From Octopus sinensis (taxonomy: Eukaryota), in contig NC_043005.1 in assembly GCF_006345805.1 (NCBI RefSeq), positions 82,398,001 through 82,462,000 on the forward strand: a DNA stretch of 64,000 bases, written 5' to 3'. How positions within the stretch are numbered: position 1 is the first letter of the stretch; every line of letters starts with the position of its first letter. Positions 1 through 13,401 of the stretch are shown here, one piece after another. Below the pieces are notes generated by a model. That model worked only from the letters and a program-made list of their open reading frames with translations, did no database searches and was not told the DNA's origin. The position numbers and the translations under genes are program-made.

Positions 1-70
1 TATGTTGGGGAGACGGAAGAGGTGCCATACTGAAGAGGATAACGCTGGCCATTCCCAGCTCTAGGGGAAG

Positions 71-127
<57 letters not shown>

Positions 128-183
128 GCGATAGTGAGTGTTTGTCTCCAATATCCTAAGACTGCGTGTGTATATATATATAC

Positions 184-215
<32 letters not shown>

Positions 216-426
216 CATATGTATGGGTGTACGGACAATACCGCACTGTCTCGGTGCCTCAACTTAAGTACCTAAATCAACTAAATCTTAATTATATATA
301 TATATACAATAAGTTATTTTAATGTATTGAAATATTTGATAACATTATGAATTATTAATTAATTGATTGATTAATTATTTATATCCTTTTATTATTATTG
401 TTATTGGAATATATATATACAATACA

Positions 427-461
<35 letters not shown>

Positions 462-572
462 CTATATATATATATACATACATATATAATATACATAACA
501 TACTATATACATACTATATATATATATATATCATACATACATACATATATTATATATATATATATATATATA

Positions 573-1573
573 CATTTGCGGCCAAAATGTTCAGAACGAC
601 ATTGTTTTCGTCAGAAAAGTAGATATACGTTTTTATCAAAATTGTTTTATATTCTATAATTTTCACAGACAATAAATACAATATTAATTGTTATTGTCTG
701 AGATTTTGGTGTAATTTGAGAGGATAATACAATAGTTATTACCTTTTCCCATCTGAGCCAAATAGCATAAACTTAGATTCATCACTGAAATGCACCGTTT
801 GCCATTTTTCTTGAGACCACAACACATGTTCGGTTGCAAAGGTAAGACGACACTTTTTATTCTTGGAGTTGATCAGTGGCTTCACTGCAGGTGCTCTTGC
901 TTGTAGGTTATGTTCAACTAAACGATGAGACAGTTTTTCGAGATAAAGTTTTCTTCAATACAATCTTCATTTTCCGAGAAACAGCAGCAGCAGTTTTAAA
1001 TCTGTCCTTTTTAACCAACTTTACCATAGCATGATCTTCTCTCTTGGTCGTTTTTCTTGGCCTACCTGTAAACTTTCTTGCTTCATACGAACCGCAATCA
1101 TCGTAGACCTTAAGAATACCGTGTACAACACTTTTTGTCTTGTTAACAATCTTTGCAATAGATCCAATACTTAAATTATCCTTCCTTCGAAGCTTAATAA
1201 TCTGCTGGCGAATTGGTAACGGAGTAAGTGGCATTATATTAACAAAGTACACTGCAAATATTCTTATTAATTTTTAGTAAACGAACCGTCACGTAAACAA
1301 ATTCAAAACATTAGAGTTTGCCGGTTAAATATACTAAAACACGGAGTAAAAGCAACCGTTCTGATCATTTTGGCCGCCATGGGTTTTGCAGTAAATCACT
1401 AAATCATCCATAACTTTTGTATTATCCTCTCAAATTACATCAAACTCTCAGGCAATAACAAATAATATCGTATTCATCCCCTGTGAAAATTATAGAATAT
1501 AAAACAACTTTGATAAAAAATTATATCTACTTTTCTGACGAAAACAATGTCGTTCTGAACATTTTGGCCGCAA

Positions 1574-1576
<3 letters not shown>
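573..1576 (-). mobile_element. Internally deleted Tc1-like DNA transposon (IR/DR type) inserted in a (TA)n tract
   Basis: About 167-bp inverted repeats at 573-739 and 1410-1576 (ends CA[T/C]TTGCGGCCAAAATGTTCAGAACGAC), TA on both flanks (571-572, 1577-1578), transposase remnant inside. Confidence 0.92.
739..1234 (-). pseudogene. Tc1 transposase N-terminal part (paired-like HTH, GRPR motif, first catalytic Asp), frameshifted and truncated
   Basis: MPLTPLPIRQQIIKL...TGRPRKTTKRED...SRKTVS, a frameshift near 930, then RLVEHNLQARAPAVKPL...WQTVHFSDESKFMLFGSDGKR* running straight into the TIR. Confidence 0.9.
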
Positions 1577-1618
<42 letters not shown>

Positions 1619-1632
1619 CAGAGAGAGAGAGA

Positions 1633-2116
1633 GGGAAATAGAAGTTGAAATGTACTGAGAATAATTAGAATAATTTTTATTAGAATATTTGAAGCTTTAA
1701 CCAGTTTCACGGTTTATACTCATTGTCAAAAAGTTCAAATAGAAATACGTGGCTTATGTCACAGTTGTCTTGCTTCTAACTAGTACTTGGAGTTCGCCCA
1801 GTTGTTATTGGGAGTTCATGGCTCAAATTTGTATATATTTTGAATAAGATTTGGCTGGTAGTGGATAGTTCAATCTCGTGGCTATCCTTTACCAATCAAA
1901 ACCTATTCAAAACATATATTAATTTGCGTTATGAACTCCCTATAAAAAACAGGGAAAACTTCAAACACCAGTCAGAAGCAAGACAGCTGCGACATAAGCC
2001 ACGTGTTTCTATTTGAAACTTTTGGAAATCAGTGTAAACTTTGAAACCGGTTAAAGCTTCAAATATTAAAAATATATTCTAATTATTCTCAGTGCATTTT
2101 CAGCTTCTATTTTTCC
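1633..2116. mobile_element. Fold-back MITE-like element (arms about 195 bp)
   Basis: 1633-1830 is the reverse complement of 1920-2116 (e.g. TTTCAAATAGAAA[T/C]ACGTGGCTTATGTC[A/G]CAG shared), with a spacer of about 90 bp and no coding capacity. Confidence 0.8.
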
Positions 2117-2262
2117 TATAGTCCTACCCGTGTGGAATAAAATATCGTTGTTCCTACACACACAGACACACACACACAAGTATATTTGATTACTAATATT
2201 ATTAACATTTAGGGAATGTAATAATACCAAGCTAACAGAGAAAAAGATTTAGCACACTAACT

Positions 2263-2304
<42 letters not shown>

Positions 2305-3354
2305 ATACTGTGTGTGTATATATATGTATATACATATATATGCATATATCTATATTAAGCCTTCCGATTTCGCTTTAAGTCGTGAAATGGCCACTGTGAA
2401 AGCCATGTTGGATTTCCTTTTCACTGATCGTAATCCAGAAGTCTTTCCTTTTTCATCCCGCATTTATAAAATTAATAAGAGGCTGCATGAACTAAATCAT
2501 ATATTATCTGTAAAACGATGTGCAATACTGACAAATCGTTGACAAAATAAGTCTCAAAAACCGATATTTTTATTAACCAAATAAAACTCATTGACAGATA
2601 TTCTTTATCGTTTATTATTGTTTCCAATTCATATAACACTATCATATAACACTACGTCAATATTTACATTTTACTGTGTATTTACTGATTATAACATGTA
2701 AATATTGATATAGGCATTTGAAGTTGATGACATATAGTTGTTATAAAAGCCTTGGACAAATAAAAGCTTTCAGATTGTCATGGCATGAGATTTATTTCTC
2801 ATATTACTTACATGTAACGATAAGCCGCAGCAGGCCATATATTTAATATTCGAGACATTATTCGCGTGTTAAGCTTGCACAAATTGAATCCGTATGAAAA
2901 TATGCTCTTGGTCAAGGAAATATTCAAGTAAATTATCTTATCGAAAATATTTCATGAATGTGCTAACATTTTTCGTTGATGCTTTTCTTTACCTCATATA
3001 TTATGACATGTGTCTCCTTGGCTTGCTACACAAAAGATGTGTTAGATAATGGATGCATTTATATGGCATAACATACATTTATTTTTATTGGATAATGTTA
3101 AGTGTATAACATATTTATCTGCATGCCTGTTATGTATTATCATCTAACATATATATATAGACAATAGAAAGCAATTATTCACCCACCAGGCAAACATGCA
3201 CACTCTCTTATATATGTTTATGTATGTGTAAATACATTTGTATCTGCATATGTGTATGTATATGTATATATATATATATTTGCTATATAATATATACCAT
3301 ATACCTGCGTATGCATGTATCTGTACATAAACACATAAATGAAATGTATACATA

Positions 3355-3356
3355 TA

Positions 3357-3403
<47 letters not shown>

Positions 3404-3760
3404 GTATGTATATGTATCTATGTATATGTATGTATGTATATGTATATGTATGTATATATATGTATGTATATGTATATGTATGTATATGTATGTATGTATA
3501 TGTATGTATGTATATGTATATGTATGTATATATATGTATGTATGTATATGTATGTATGTATATATATGTATGTATATGTATATATGTATGTATGTATATA
3601 TATGTATATGTATGTATGTATATGTATATGTATGTATGTATATGTATGTATGTATGTATATGTATATATGTATGTATGTATATATATATGTATGTATATA
3701 TATATGTATATGTATGTATGCATATGTATGTATGTATGTATATATGTGTATGTATGTATT
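3355..3760. repeat. (TA)n/(TATG)n compound microsatellite
   Basis: Direct reading of the sequence. Confidence 0.97.
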
Positions 3761-4649
3761 AATCTATGTATTGTAACGTATTCTTCTGCGCACAAACGCA
3801 CGATGAAACCAACAATGGGAAACACGTTTATGTCTTGGAAAATTCCAATGGGATTTAACTTTTAAATCGAAAAGTAATGCTCAAACTGTAAATTGAATTA
3901 AAACACGTATCTGAAATATGAAAAAAATACTATTCTTCCTCCAAATCATTTTAATTGCTGTTTAAATATTACTAATTAAGGAGTAAAATATAATGAAATC
4001 TAATTCCTAAAAAATAATCTGTTTGGATATCGCAAAATAGATCACAACAGTTCAAGATTCTGAACCGTTTTCCATTCCCAGATTTAATTATTTCACTTCA
4101 AAGACACAAGTAATTCTCCTTTACTGAAGACCTGGGCACCACTAACCTAAAACCTCTCGTCCATTGAAGATACTAGGATTCATCAATAAATAATGGATTC
4201 GCTGATTACAAACGGCAAAGCGGGAAAACAAGAAAGTGTTTGTGATATTATGTTAGTTACTGTGTGGAAAATGTAAATAGTTTATTAGCTTTGAACACCC
4301 GCCATGGTTTTTTTTCCTGATATTTGTCGAACATATAAGTATCATTCTGTCGATCTTTGATATATTATGTACATATATCATTCGCAATGCTATATACTGC
4401 GAATCACTGGGGACAAAATGTTACTTTTATATTGCACTATTTCCGGAAACATGAAAGATAAATTTGAAACCTAGACGATCAGTATGGCTGACAAGATTTT
4501 CGATAGCCATTGATCATGTATTAACTCATATATCAGCAGGTTCGAACACATAATGTATATTTAGTTGTCAAAGAAAACAGTTCGTTTTGAAAGGCTGACC
4601 AAAATAAAAGTACCACTTGATGACATAGGTTAGAAATATAAGGAAGAGT

Positions 4650-4691
<42 letters not shown>

Positions 4692-5036
4692 AGGCTGGGG
4701 AGCTAAAATAGGGAGAGGGTTCTTAAGTTATGAGGGGCATTATCGATTCTGATGGAGCACATTTATTTCAATTTACCTACGTTATTGTCACTAAAACTTT
4801 CCCCAATATTGGACTTGACATTGCAGATCTATGATGAAATGAACTTCAGGCGTGATCATGCCGTAATTAGAATCACGTAATTAGAATCAAGAGCATATTA
4901 TTCACTTTGACAGTGTGAGAGAGTATTTGAAGATATATTTTCGGTAATTTATTTGAACAACGCTAATCAAGCAAAATCTAATTATATTTTAATAGAAATT
5001 AGTGCACATGTCGTGGATAAGCTTTGTTATAAGATG

Positions 5037-5094
5037 CTTCTATGAATCTGCCTTTAGCTTCAATGACTGGTCCTATGCAGTACTGGAATCTTTG
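5037..5094 (-). mobile_element. Mariner-like transposase C-terminal relic
   Basis: Minus strand reads QRFQYCIGPVIEAKGRFIE, resembling the RFR.RIEAVIEA.GG.IE terminus of maT/mariner transposases; short match only. Confidence 0.35.
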
Positions 5095-7017
5095 ATATGT
5101 ATGTACAGAATTGTTACTACATTGTCCGAAGATGTAGAGATACTTTTCGTTCTGATATATTTGAAAGACCCCGTCAGAAATGAGAAGTGGAATTCCATCC
5201 GTAATCTATGTCCTAACACTATTGCAACATTTAGAATGTTAGAAATTTCTACATCACCGTTCCGCACAGGTTTTATGCTCTACCATTTCACATAGTTCAA
5301 CCTACAGAGGTTAATGTGTCAAAAACCAAAATAGGAATTTTGAAAGAAGTTTCTATAAATTTAATTTTAAATATGAAATGGCTATGGGGGCCGACCAGAA
5401 TAAAATAATAATCAAAGGTTCCATAGGTAAACAATGGTTAAGAACCCCTGCCCTGAACGTTTCTTCATTAGTTCCTCTTGTTTCTTTCATTTTCAACATC
5501 CGAACGTAATTATTAACCTGCAACCTACTCATAGGCATTATTTTCCATTCAGTAAAAATTCTCTAAGTGTTACTTCATGTCTCTGCAACATGTTTCATGG
5601 TCAATGTTCATCGGTTATATGTATATGACAATAGATTTATGGCGAACAGGCAACACGACAATTATAAGTTCACTAAAGTTTCCATCATGATCTCAACAGA
5701 ACAGCTACCTAGAAAAGCTATTTTCCTTCAACACTGTCTCGTTTAACAGAAATATTCGTCGCTTTAATGAGGTAAACAAACAGCAAAATTGTAAGCCATA
5801 TTTAAGAATCCAATTTCATGCCCAACAGTAATGACAATAAGTAACACCTCCAGCGTTTATTGATATATGAGAAAAGACAGAGTTCACTAACATTTTGACA
5901 CAAAGAAGAACCATAAATATTTTCCGTTCCTGTGCCGAAGCTAGCTTTTGAGAAAGTTTCCTAAACTCCAAATATATTTATACACCACAATATTGAAAAA
6001 AATTCTTTATTATAATGTTGCAAATTTACTGTGATGTATTCATATCCACACCTCATAAAATCCAAATACAATGCTAACGCACACTTCAAAATATATTTCA
6101 TGAGAGGGTGGAAACTTGTCACGGTGTATTGAAAAAACGAACAAAATGTAACCGATATTTGATCTCTCTAAAGTATGACACAATCTTATATGCAAATCTC
6201 AAGCACTTCCTCTCTCCTCTCTTCATGCTTTAGGCGCGCATACACACGCTCCTCCGTGCTCACACGCATGCAACACACACACACACACACACACATGTAT
6301 GTACAGCTGGATGAATAACGATATTTATATCAAAATAAGTGACTGGCGCTTTTATTTCACCCGCGTATTGTCAGAAATAAGCAATCAAACGCACGTACAC
6401 GCGCACAGACACGACACATTCATTTTAATTCACACACATGTATACACACATGCATGAAGGTACGTATATATATACATACACAGCCAACGACAATGATACA
6501 TGTATAAAGAGGTGTTGAATACATGCATATGTCATTGTCCAAGAAATATGCCTGCTTTCCAATACATGTACGCTCACCCGGCATCTCCTCTATTTATCTC
6601 TCTCTCCTCACAGAGTCTTTCCTTTTTCTATTTCTGAAACACAACTGTACACGGCGATATATCTGTGTATTTTTTTTCCTGATATATATTTCCAAATACC
6701 CGCATGACTTGCTCTGTGGCACTGTGAGATTGAATTATGAATGTATATAAATGTTCTATCAAACCTATTCATATATATATATACATATGCCAGTTTGTCT
6801 ATCTTTATTTCTCTCTCTCTCTCTCTCTCTTGCTATTTATCTATTTATCTGTCTGTGTGTCACTTTGTCAACACAGACAGCCACGCATACCCACAGACAA
6901 GCACACACACATATATGTGTGTATGTATCTGTATGTGTATGTACCTTTATATAGCTAGGTTATCTTACATATTATCTATGTGTCTATCTGTCAACACAAA
7001 TACCCATATCCACATAT

Positions 7018-7063
<46 letters not shown>

Positions 7064-7066
<3 letters not shown>

Positions 7067-7589
7067 GGTGTCCCAAAAAATGTATACACTTGTTGCAACA
7101 ATGCCAAGCATTAGAGAGGACTTTGAACAGGAAGAGTTTTATTTCCAGCACGATGGGGCACCTCCACACTACCATCGCGATGTTAGATCCTTTCTTGATA
7201 GGATCTTGCCAAACAGGTGGATTGGACGGAGATGTTTTGTCGAATACCCTCCACGTTCACCAGACCTCACACCACTAGACTTCTTTTTATGGGGATACCT
7301 AAAGGACAAAGTCTACGCACAGAAACCTGCAACAGTCGTTCAATTGAGGGGAACCATTGAACATGAATGTACGAATATCCCAAGGGAATTGTTCCATGAT
7401 GTGTGCCATTCCATCGCTTCGCGTTGTCAGCAGTGTCTGGAGCAGAACGGACATCAGTTTGAGAACATGCGATAACAAGACAATAGAATCATATTTGTAA
7501 ATTCTTTTACATGTTGAAAATTATTCGAATTATAATAACCCCAAATTTACAATTATTTAAGGTGTGTATACATTTTTTGGGACACCCTG
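7064..7589 (+). mobile_element. 526-bp internally deleted Tc1/mariner element, DD41D (rosa/Visitor-like) group
   Basis: Perfect 26-bp TIRs CAGGGTGTCCCAAAAAATGTATACAC, TA flanks inside (TA)n tracts; 41 residues separate the D of QHDGAPPH from the last D of SPDLTPLD. Confidence 0.93.
7080..7475 (+). CDS. Truncated DD41D transposase (C-terminal catalytic part, 131 aa), open from an ATG inside the TIR
   Basis: MYTLVATMPSIREDFEQEEFYFQHDGAPPHY...RWIGRR...YPPRSPDLTPLDFFLWGYLKDKVY...NGHQFENMR*; no internal stops. Expression is unknown. Confidence 0.6.
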   Translation: MYTLVATMPSIREDFEQEEFYFQHDGAPPHYHRDVRSFLDRILPNRWIGRRCFVEYPPRSPDLTPLDFFLWGYLKDKVYAQKPATVVQLRGTIEHECTNIPRELFHDVCHSIASRCQQCLEQNGHQFENMR

Positions 7590-7590
7590 T

Positions 7591-7624
<34 letters not shown>

Positions 7625-7625
<1 letters not shown>

Positions 7626-8022
7626 TGTTTTAATGGTTTCAGTCCTTTGACTGCTACCATTCTGAAGCACTGCCTTTAGTCGAAAGAATCTACATCAGAA
7701 TTTATTTGTAAGCTTAGTACTTATTGTATGGGAAGCTTTTGACAAATCGCTAAGTTATGGGGACATAAACACACCAGCATCAGTTGTCAAGTGATGGTGG
7801 GGGCGTAGAAACACAAACACATAAACACACCCACACATATATGCCCCGGGCTTCTTTTAGGTTTCATCTACAAAAACTTCTCACAAGGTTTTGGTCGCCT
7901 ACTATATATACAATAAATATATATTGTAGAAGTCACTTGCCCAAGGTGCCACTCAGTGGGACTGAACTCAGAAGCATGTAGCTGAGAAGTTAGCTTCCTA
8001 CCACACACCCACTTCCCTGCGT

Positions 8023-8024
<2 letters not shown>
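7625..8024 (-). mobile_element. tRNA-derived CORE-type SINE (family A), degraded
   Basis: Colinear with the 23453-23865 copy (TTGCCCAAGGTGCC...GTGGGACTGAAC head, AAACACACCAGCATC body). Confidence 0.8.
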
Positions 8025-8110
<86 letters not shown>

Positions 8111-8733
8111 CATCATAGCCAAAACATCTGAAGGTATACGTATAGAGTTGCATATGAAAACAGGGAGCCAGTGTATAGATAGATGCATCATAATTTCCTT
8201 TTTGTTTCCACATAAGTAAATGCCACATAAAAGTTCATTATATTCAGTATCACGCTTTTCTTTTGTTCAGTTTTTACATTAGAACATTATTATGAAATAT
8301 GTGAGTCAAAATCTCACGACCGCTATTGTCTTCATATTTTATTTCAAATGCAGACAAGTGTAATTGGATTCATTTACATTTCAGTTACCACTTGCGTGAC
8401 TATTGATTGTCGTTGCTATGTGTTTCTATAAGTTATTTCAACTTTTTAAGCTTATGTTTCGAGTCACAAAATACCTGTCGGGGATGGTCAGTTTCTTGTA
8501 GGTTTTATTTAAGGAAAAAAAAACAAGAAAAAAGAACAGAAAAACTACCAACTACAGTCTCCATTCACTTACTGCATAGGTATTAGTTATTCTGAGTTGT
8601 TGATTTCCATCTTGGCTGTGTATTCTGCATTACGTTGATTACCATCACAGTTACATCTATTGTAAATGAATCGTAGCAGTGAAATATTATGTAAAGCCCA
8701 CATACATAAACATATATGTATATAGACTTACAT

Positions 8734-8764
<31 letters not shown>

Positions 8765-9419
8765 ATTATATATATATATATATAATACATAAGATATATA
8801 TATGCATATGCATACACATATATTCAAATGGAAACCTCTGTTTTTCATATACATATATGTATATATGTATATATATATATATATATTATATTATATATAT
8901 ATAGATATATATATATATATATATATACAGATATTATTTAATTAACTGATTGATTCATTAATTGTTTGGTTGAATGATATCTTACGTATCATAATTAGAA
9001 TGCCGAATACTGAGGCATCTGTCTTGATAGGTCCTCGGATAAAAAGGTACGGTGGTAAGCAGACAGGCATTGGGCCCCATATATCCTAGTAAACGAGAAC
9101 CGCGTGACATGAGAATGAACTTAACGTGCTGCACTTCCTCAGTTGACGCTGTTCAGTTGCCGCACACAAGCCACATCGTAGTGACCCATTAAATAAGAGT
9201 GATCTTTTAGTCACTGATGCAGGCTCTTTAAAAAATTAAAAACGATCCTGTCGCGATATTCACTGTAGTCTACGGCATTATAAGCAACACATCATGGTTG
9301 TAAGGGATGTGTTAATAGTCGTTACAAAGTGTACATAATTCGCTAATAGCTGATTCATACACTGCATGGACGATTTTTGCGACATCATTGGCTAATCTTC
9401 AGAAACGTTTTATCACATC

Positions 9420-10327
9420 TATTTAACGAATTCAGCTTTAGAATCAATGCCTGTTAACATATCCGAAACATACGTTATTTATCAATTTTGGATATAATGC
9501 TGGTTATGGCGGTCTTCAGTATTTGCATGGTGATATGGAAATGTTGACCGACCTCTCCACTATCCCGAACACATTTTAGTCCAGTAGATTGAGGTCTTGT
9601 TAGCTAGGCGGCCATGTGTCTGGAAGGACAAGATCATGAAGATTGGTATGGATCTACGCTTGGGCTTTTCTAGGCTTATGAGGCGGCGCGGAATCTTGTT
9701 GAATGATATACGGTCCTCCGTTGGATAGTCTGCCTAACCAGGGCCTCTCAAATTTCCTCAATAGCTCTACGTACACAGCGACTTCGATTTTGAAGCCCGC
9801 TGGAATAAGTCGGGAGGCATGACATCTTCCTCGTTACTGTCCATTCATAGAAATAGCGAAGTTGCTGGGAATTTAGCTGGAACTTCATTTGTTAATACGT
9901 CATTCCATCAGTTTACGTGTTGGTTCTCATCGAAGTTTATCTCATAGGAAAACCGAAGTATTCTTGTCACTTGCTATTTTAACATTTTTAGCAAACGCTT
10001 TGTACGGGTTGAACGATTCTCCCTTTTAACATCCGACACATACGACTTGTACTGGATATATTCATGCACAGGTTTTCTGGTGGTGCATTCAAGGGCCTTT
10101 GTGATGGCTCTTGTTGACTTGATGGCTTTTAAAGATTATTTCTTGGATTTTTAAAACAAATTAGGCTGATGTTGGATCACCGTGAGTAGTCTCGAGCCCT
10201 ATTCGAATTTTGACAATGAAGAATTGGGCAATTTCAAGAACGTGAGCTATGTCTGTATAGCTATACTGCGTTTTTAAAGCAACCAATACAACGGACCTTT
10301 TCATTTGCTGAGTGAACCTGATGACAT
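9420..10327 (-). pseudogene. Decayed DD37D (maT/Bmmar1-like) mariner transposase
   Basis: MKRSVVLVALKTQYSYTDIAHVL...; FSYEINFDENQHVN*WND (FSDEKNF-like); PYIIQQDSAPPHK...WPPS*QDLNLLD, with 37 residues between the last two Asp; several stops and frameshifts. Element boundaries are uncertain (about 9300-10392). Confidence 0.85.
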
Positions 10328-10554
10328 ACATTAGTTATATTAAAGTTAGTGGTCTAAAAAGAGACGTCTTCAAAAAAGTTGACACACCCAGAAAATAAGG
10401 GTCACGAAGAGTAAAGCAGCGTATTTTTAACTTGACATCTGATGGAGTTCCTATCAATGAGTGCCATCATGTATTGAAAGAATTATATTGGAATGAGTGT
10501 AAAGAGTATATATGGTGTCTTCCTACAAATATGAATTTGGACACACACATACAT

Positions 10555-10581
10555 GCAATAATATATATATATATATTTATG

Positions 10582-10622
<41 letters not shown>

Positions 10623-10641
10623 GTATATGTATGTATATATG

Positions 10642-10673
<32 letters not shown>

Positions 10674-10905
10674 ATATACTTATGTATGTATATGTATGTA
10701 TATATATATATATATACGTATATGTTTGTATATATATATATATATTATATATTTATGTATGTATATATGTATGTATATATATATATATTTATGTATGTAT
10801 ATATGTATGTATATATATATATATATTATATATATATATACGTATATGTTTGTATATATATATATATATATACACTCACACCCATGTGCGTGTGTGTGTG
10901 TGTAG
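10555..10905. repeat. (TA)n/(TATG)n/(TG)n microsatellite
   Basis: Direct reading of the sequence. Confidence 0.96.
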
Positions 10906-11973
10906 GCTTAGTTGTATGCATACGGATAGCCTAAAATTTAGTTTTTCTATAAAGGCAAATACCATCAAAAATGAATTAGTTATGAAATGAAGCAATCGAT
11001 TTTAAATATAATCGATGGAGGAATTGAGACATCCCGATACAGATAAACAGAGAACTATGCCGTGTCTGTTTCTCTTCAGAGGTGAAGGGAATGTAGACAT
11101 TCTGATATTGAAAAGAAAACTATGAAGATGCTCGACGTCTTTTGTTCATACTGTATGAATTTACCCGACTGTTCCCGTTGTGTTTATGTTATGCTTATGA
11201 ACACTATAGACAAGGACTGAAACATATTTCATTAAAATCTCCATCAGTTATTTCATAATTACATAACGCTCTCGTTTTGGTATACTTGTAGCCTTGCCGT
11301 GTTTGCAGCTGCAGGCTGCACTCTGGGGATAAGAAACATTTCCAACATGGTTATTAACCAATAAATTGACTTAGAATTGGTCGCTAGATCTGTTTAAATT
11401 AAGTCTAATCTCGCCTCAGACATTTATATGAGGCAAGTGTATTGTGCATAGATATAGGTCGATCTTTGTAGGTTGGTGTTATAGGTGTAGATTGGGATTT
11501 TATTAAGTAATTAAAGTGATAATTGAATTTCCTGTGTCTTTAATTTCCCAACGTTTCCATTTCCCTCGAAATAAAACGATAGCAAATTGCATGGAGAGAC
11601 TTTAATTCACAATCTTGAAATATAATTTAAATATATTAACGAATACATAGTGAATACCTTTTCTTCACAAACTTTGAAATAATATTATTTGTAATTTAAT
11701 TATTTTCTTGTCCCTCAGGAATTCTATCCATAACCTTGGTTTGTAATGTCTTTATCATATAGATTACGGCATTTAACATTTCCAAACTTTGTCCTGAGGC
11801 TCACGTTTATCAGCTCAACCAATACTGCGGAAATATAAAACCATCTGTTGATGTGAGAAGATGTTATTGGATATACGAAATCATAAATATATATTCAGAA
11901 TTGATTGAGTTACCTTGTTGTACGAAGTGAAATCTAACCGTATAGAAATAGGCATATGCAATTTTGCTTACAG

Positions 11974-12049
11974 ATGTGATGGAGATTCAGTATTATCAGC
12001 AATCAAGTGTTGTGAGCGCAAACAATGCGCATGCTCAAGAAGCAAATAA
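11974..12049 (+). CDS. Candidate terminal exon, Cys-rich (CDGDSVLSAIKCCERKQCACSRSK*)
   Basis: Acceptor TTTTGCTTACAG, 5 Cys in 24 codons, stop overlapping AATAAA; no upstream exon or homologue identified. Confidence 0.2.
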
Positions 12050-12911
12050 AGTTTCCATTCCTCCTAGCCTACAAATCATGTCATATTTACTAAAACATTT
12101 TCATTTATGTCAGAACATGATCGCATCTTCAAACATTGCCTGAAAATGCGAATAACAAATATTACATGTAAATATAATTGCAAATGCTTTCTAGAGGGAA
12201 GGAAACAATATAAATGTTTTAATACAAGCAGTCCATGCAATTATAGGCAGGACAGCGATATCTCTATTCCTGTTATTCCAGGACCGGTGCTTATATTTCG
12301 ACTTGATAAGACGAACTAAAATATAAGTTGCGGTACTTTTTCTTAGTGATTTCTTTTATGCATTTCACTCAGTTCAGTTGAAGAGAGTTCACGTCTAGAT
12401 AGGTTCATTTGAGTCTGTGGTCACGGAGAATAACGTTTTTAGCATCGATATTTGAATGAATGAAATTTATAGATAACACTCCAAATTTAATAAACTGTAG
12501 CACCGTCTTGATTAACATTGGTGACATTACAAAAGGAAATTCTGAAGAGTACTTCTCGGAATAGTTGAATCTTTGGAGCCACCTTGATTTCCAACATCAC
12601 AATAATCAAAATATTGAGTTCAAATGTTGGCACAATGCTAGTAATATTAGGAGAGAGGGCAAGTAGATTAGATCGATCTCAGTCTCAACTGTTACTATTT
12701 CATTGACCCTCAAGAGGATGAAAGGCAGTTGACCTTGGTAGAATTTGAACTCGGAACGTAAAGACTGAAGAAATGCAGTTTTACGGCACGGTAACGATTA
12801 TGCCATCTTATCGTAATAGCGTAAAAATGTATCTTGTTGACCACAGCTGAAGCGTCATTAGACAATGACGTAATGAAATACATTTTGTGTAATATAGAAA
12901 GTAAACTTTAA

Positions 12912-13338
12912 GGTTTTGTAAATTAAAGAAATGAATTTTGGGTTTTATAACAAATATTTTGAGTTTTGTTAATAAGATTCGAATCAGAACTGTTTTCACA
13001 ACAACGTAGCATATGGGAATATTATGACCATAATTTTTTTTCTCCGTGATTTCTTTCTACACTGCCATTTCAATACATTACTGAATGAATAAATATTTTG
13101 CGTCGGTGCCGATATTTTCATGAAGTAGTTTATATAATGAAACTTTCGATGTGCACTGAATTAATAACTCTTTTACCCTTTTACTCTTTTACTTGTTTTA
13201 GTCATTTGACTGTGGCTATGCTGGAGCACCTCATTTAGAGGGAAATGGTACTGTTAACACACCAGCATCGGTTGTCAAGCGATGATTGGGGGGGGGACAA
13301 ACGCAGACACACAAACGTATACACACACACACACACAC

Positions 13339-13401
<63 letters not shown>

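Noticed and set aside
3339-3865. Met/Tyr/Cys-rich ORFs that superficially resemble reflectin-like composition
   Set aside because: They are translations of (TATG)n/(TA)n microsatellite, open in several frames and on both strands, with no reflectin motif.
2356-5771. Additional splice-bounded open segments (2356-2510 +, 2993-3025 -, about 4140-4195 -, about 5700-5771 +)
   Set aside because: They occur on both strands, are short, do not chain convincingly, and are expected by chance in AT-rich DNA.
11240-11322. Minus-strand frame CSLQLQTRQGYKYTKTRALCNYEITDG... after a good acceptor
   Set aside because: All frames on both strands give equally plausible short peptides; there is no discriminating evidence.
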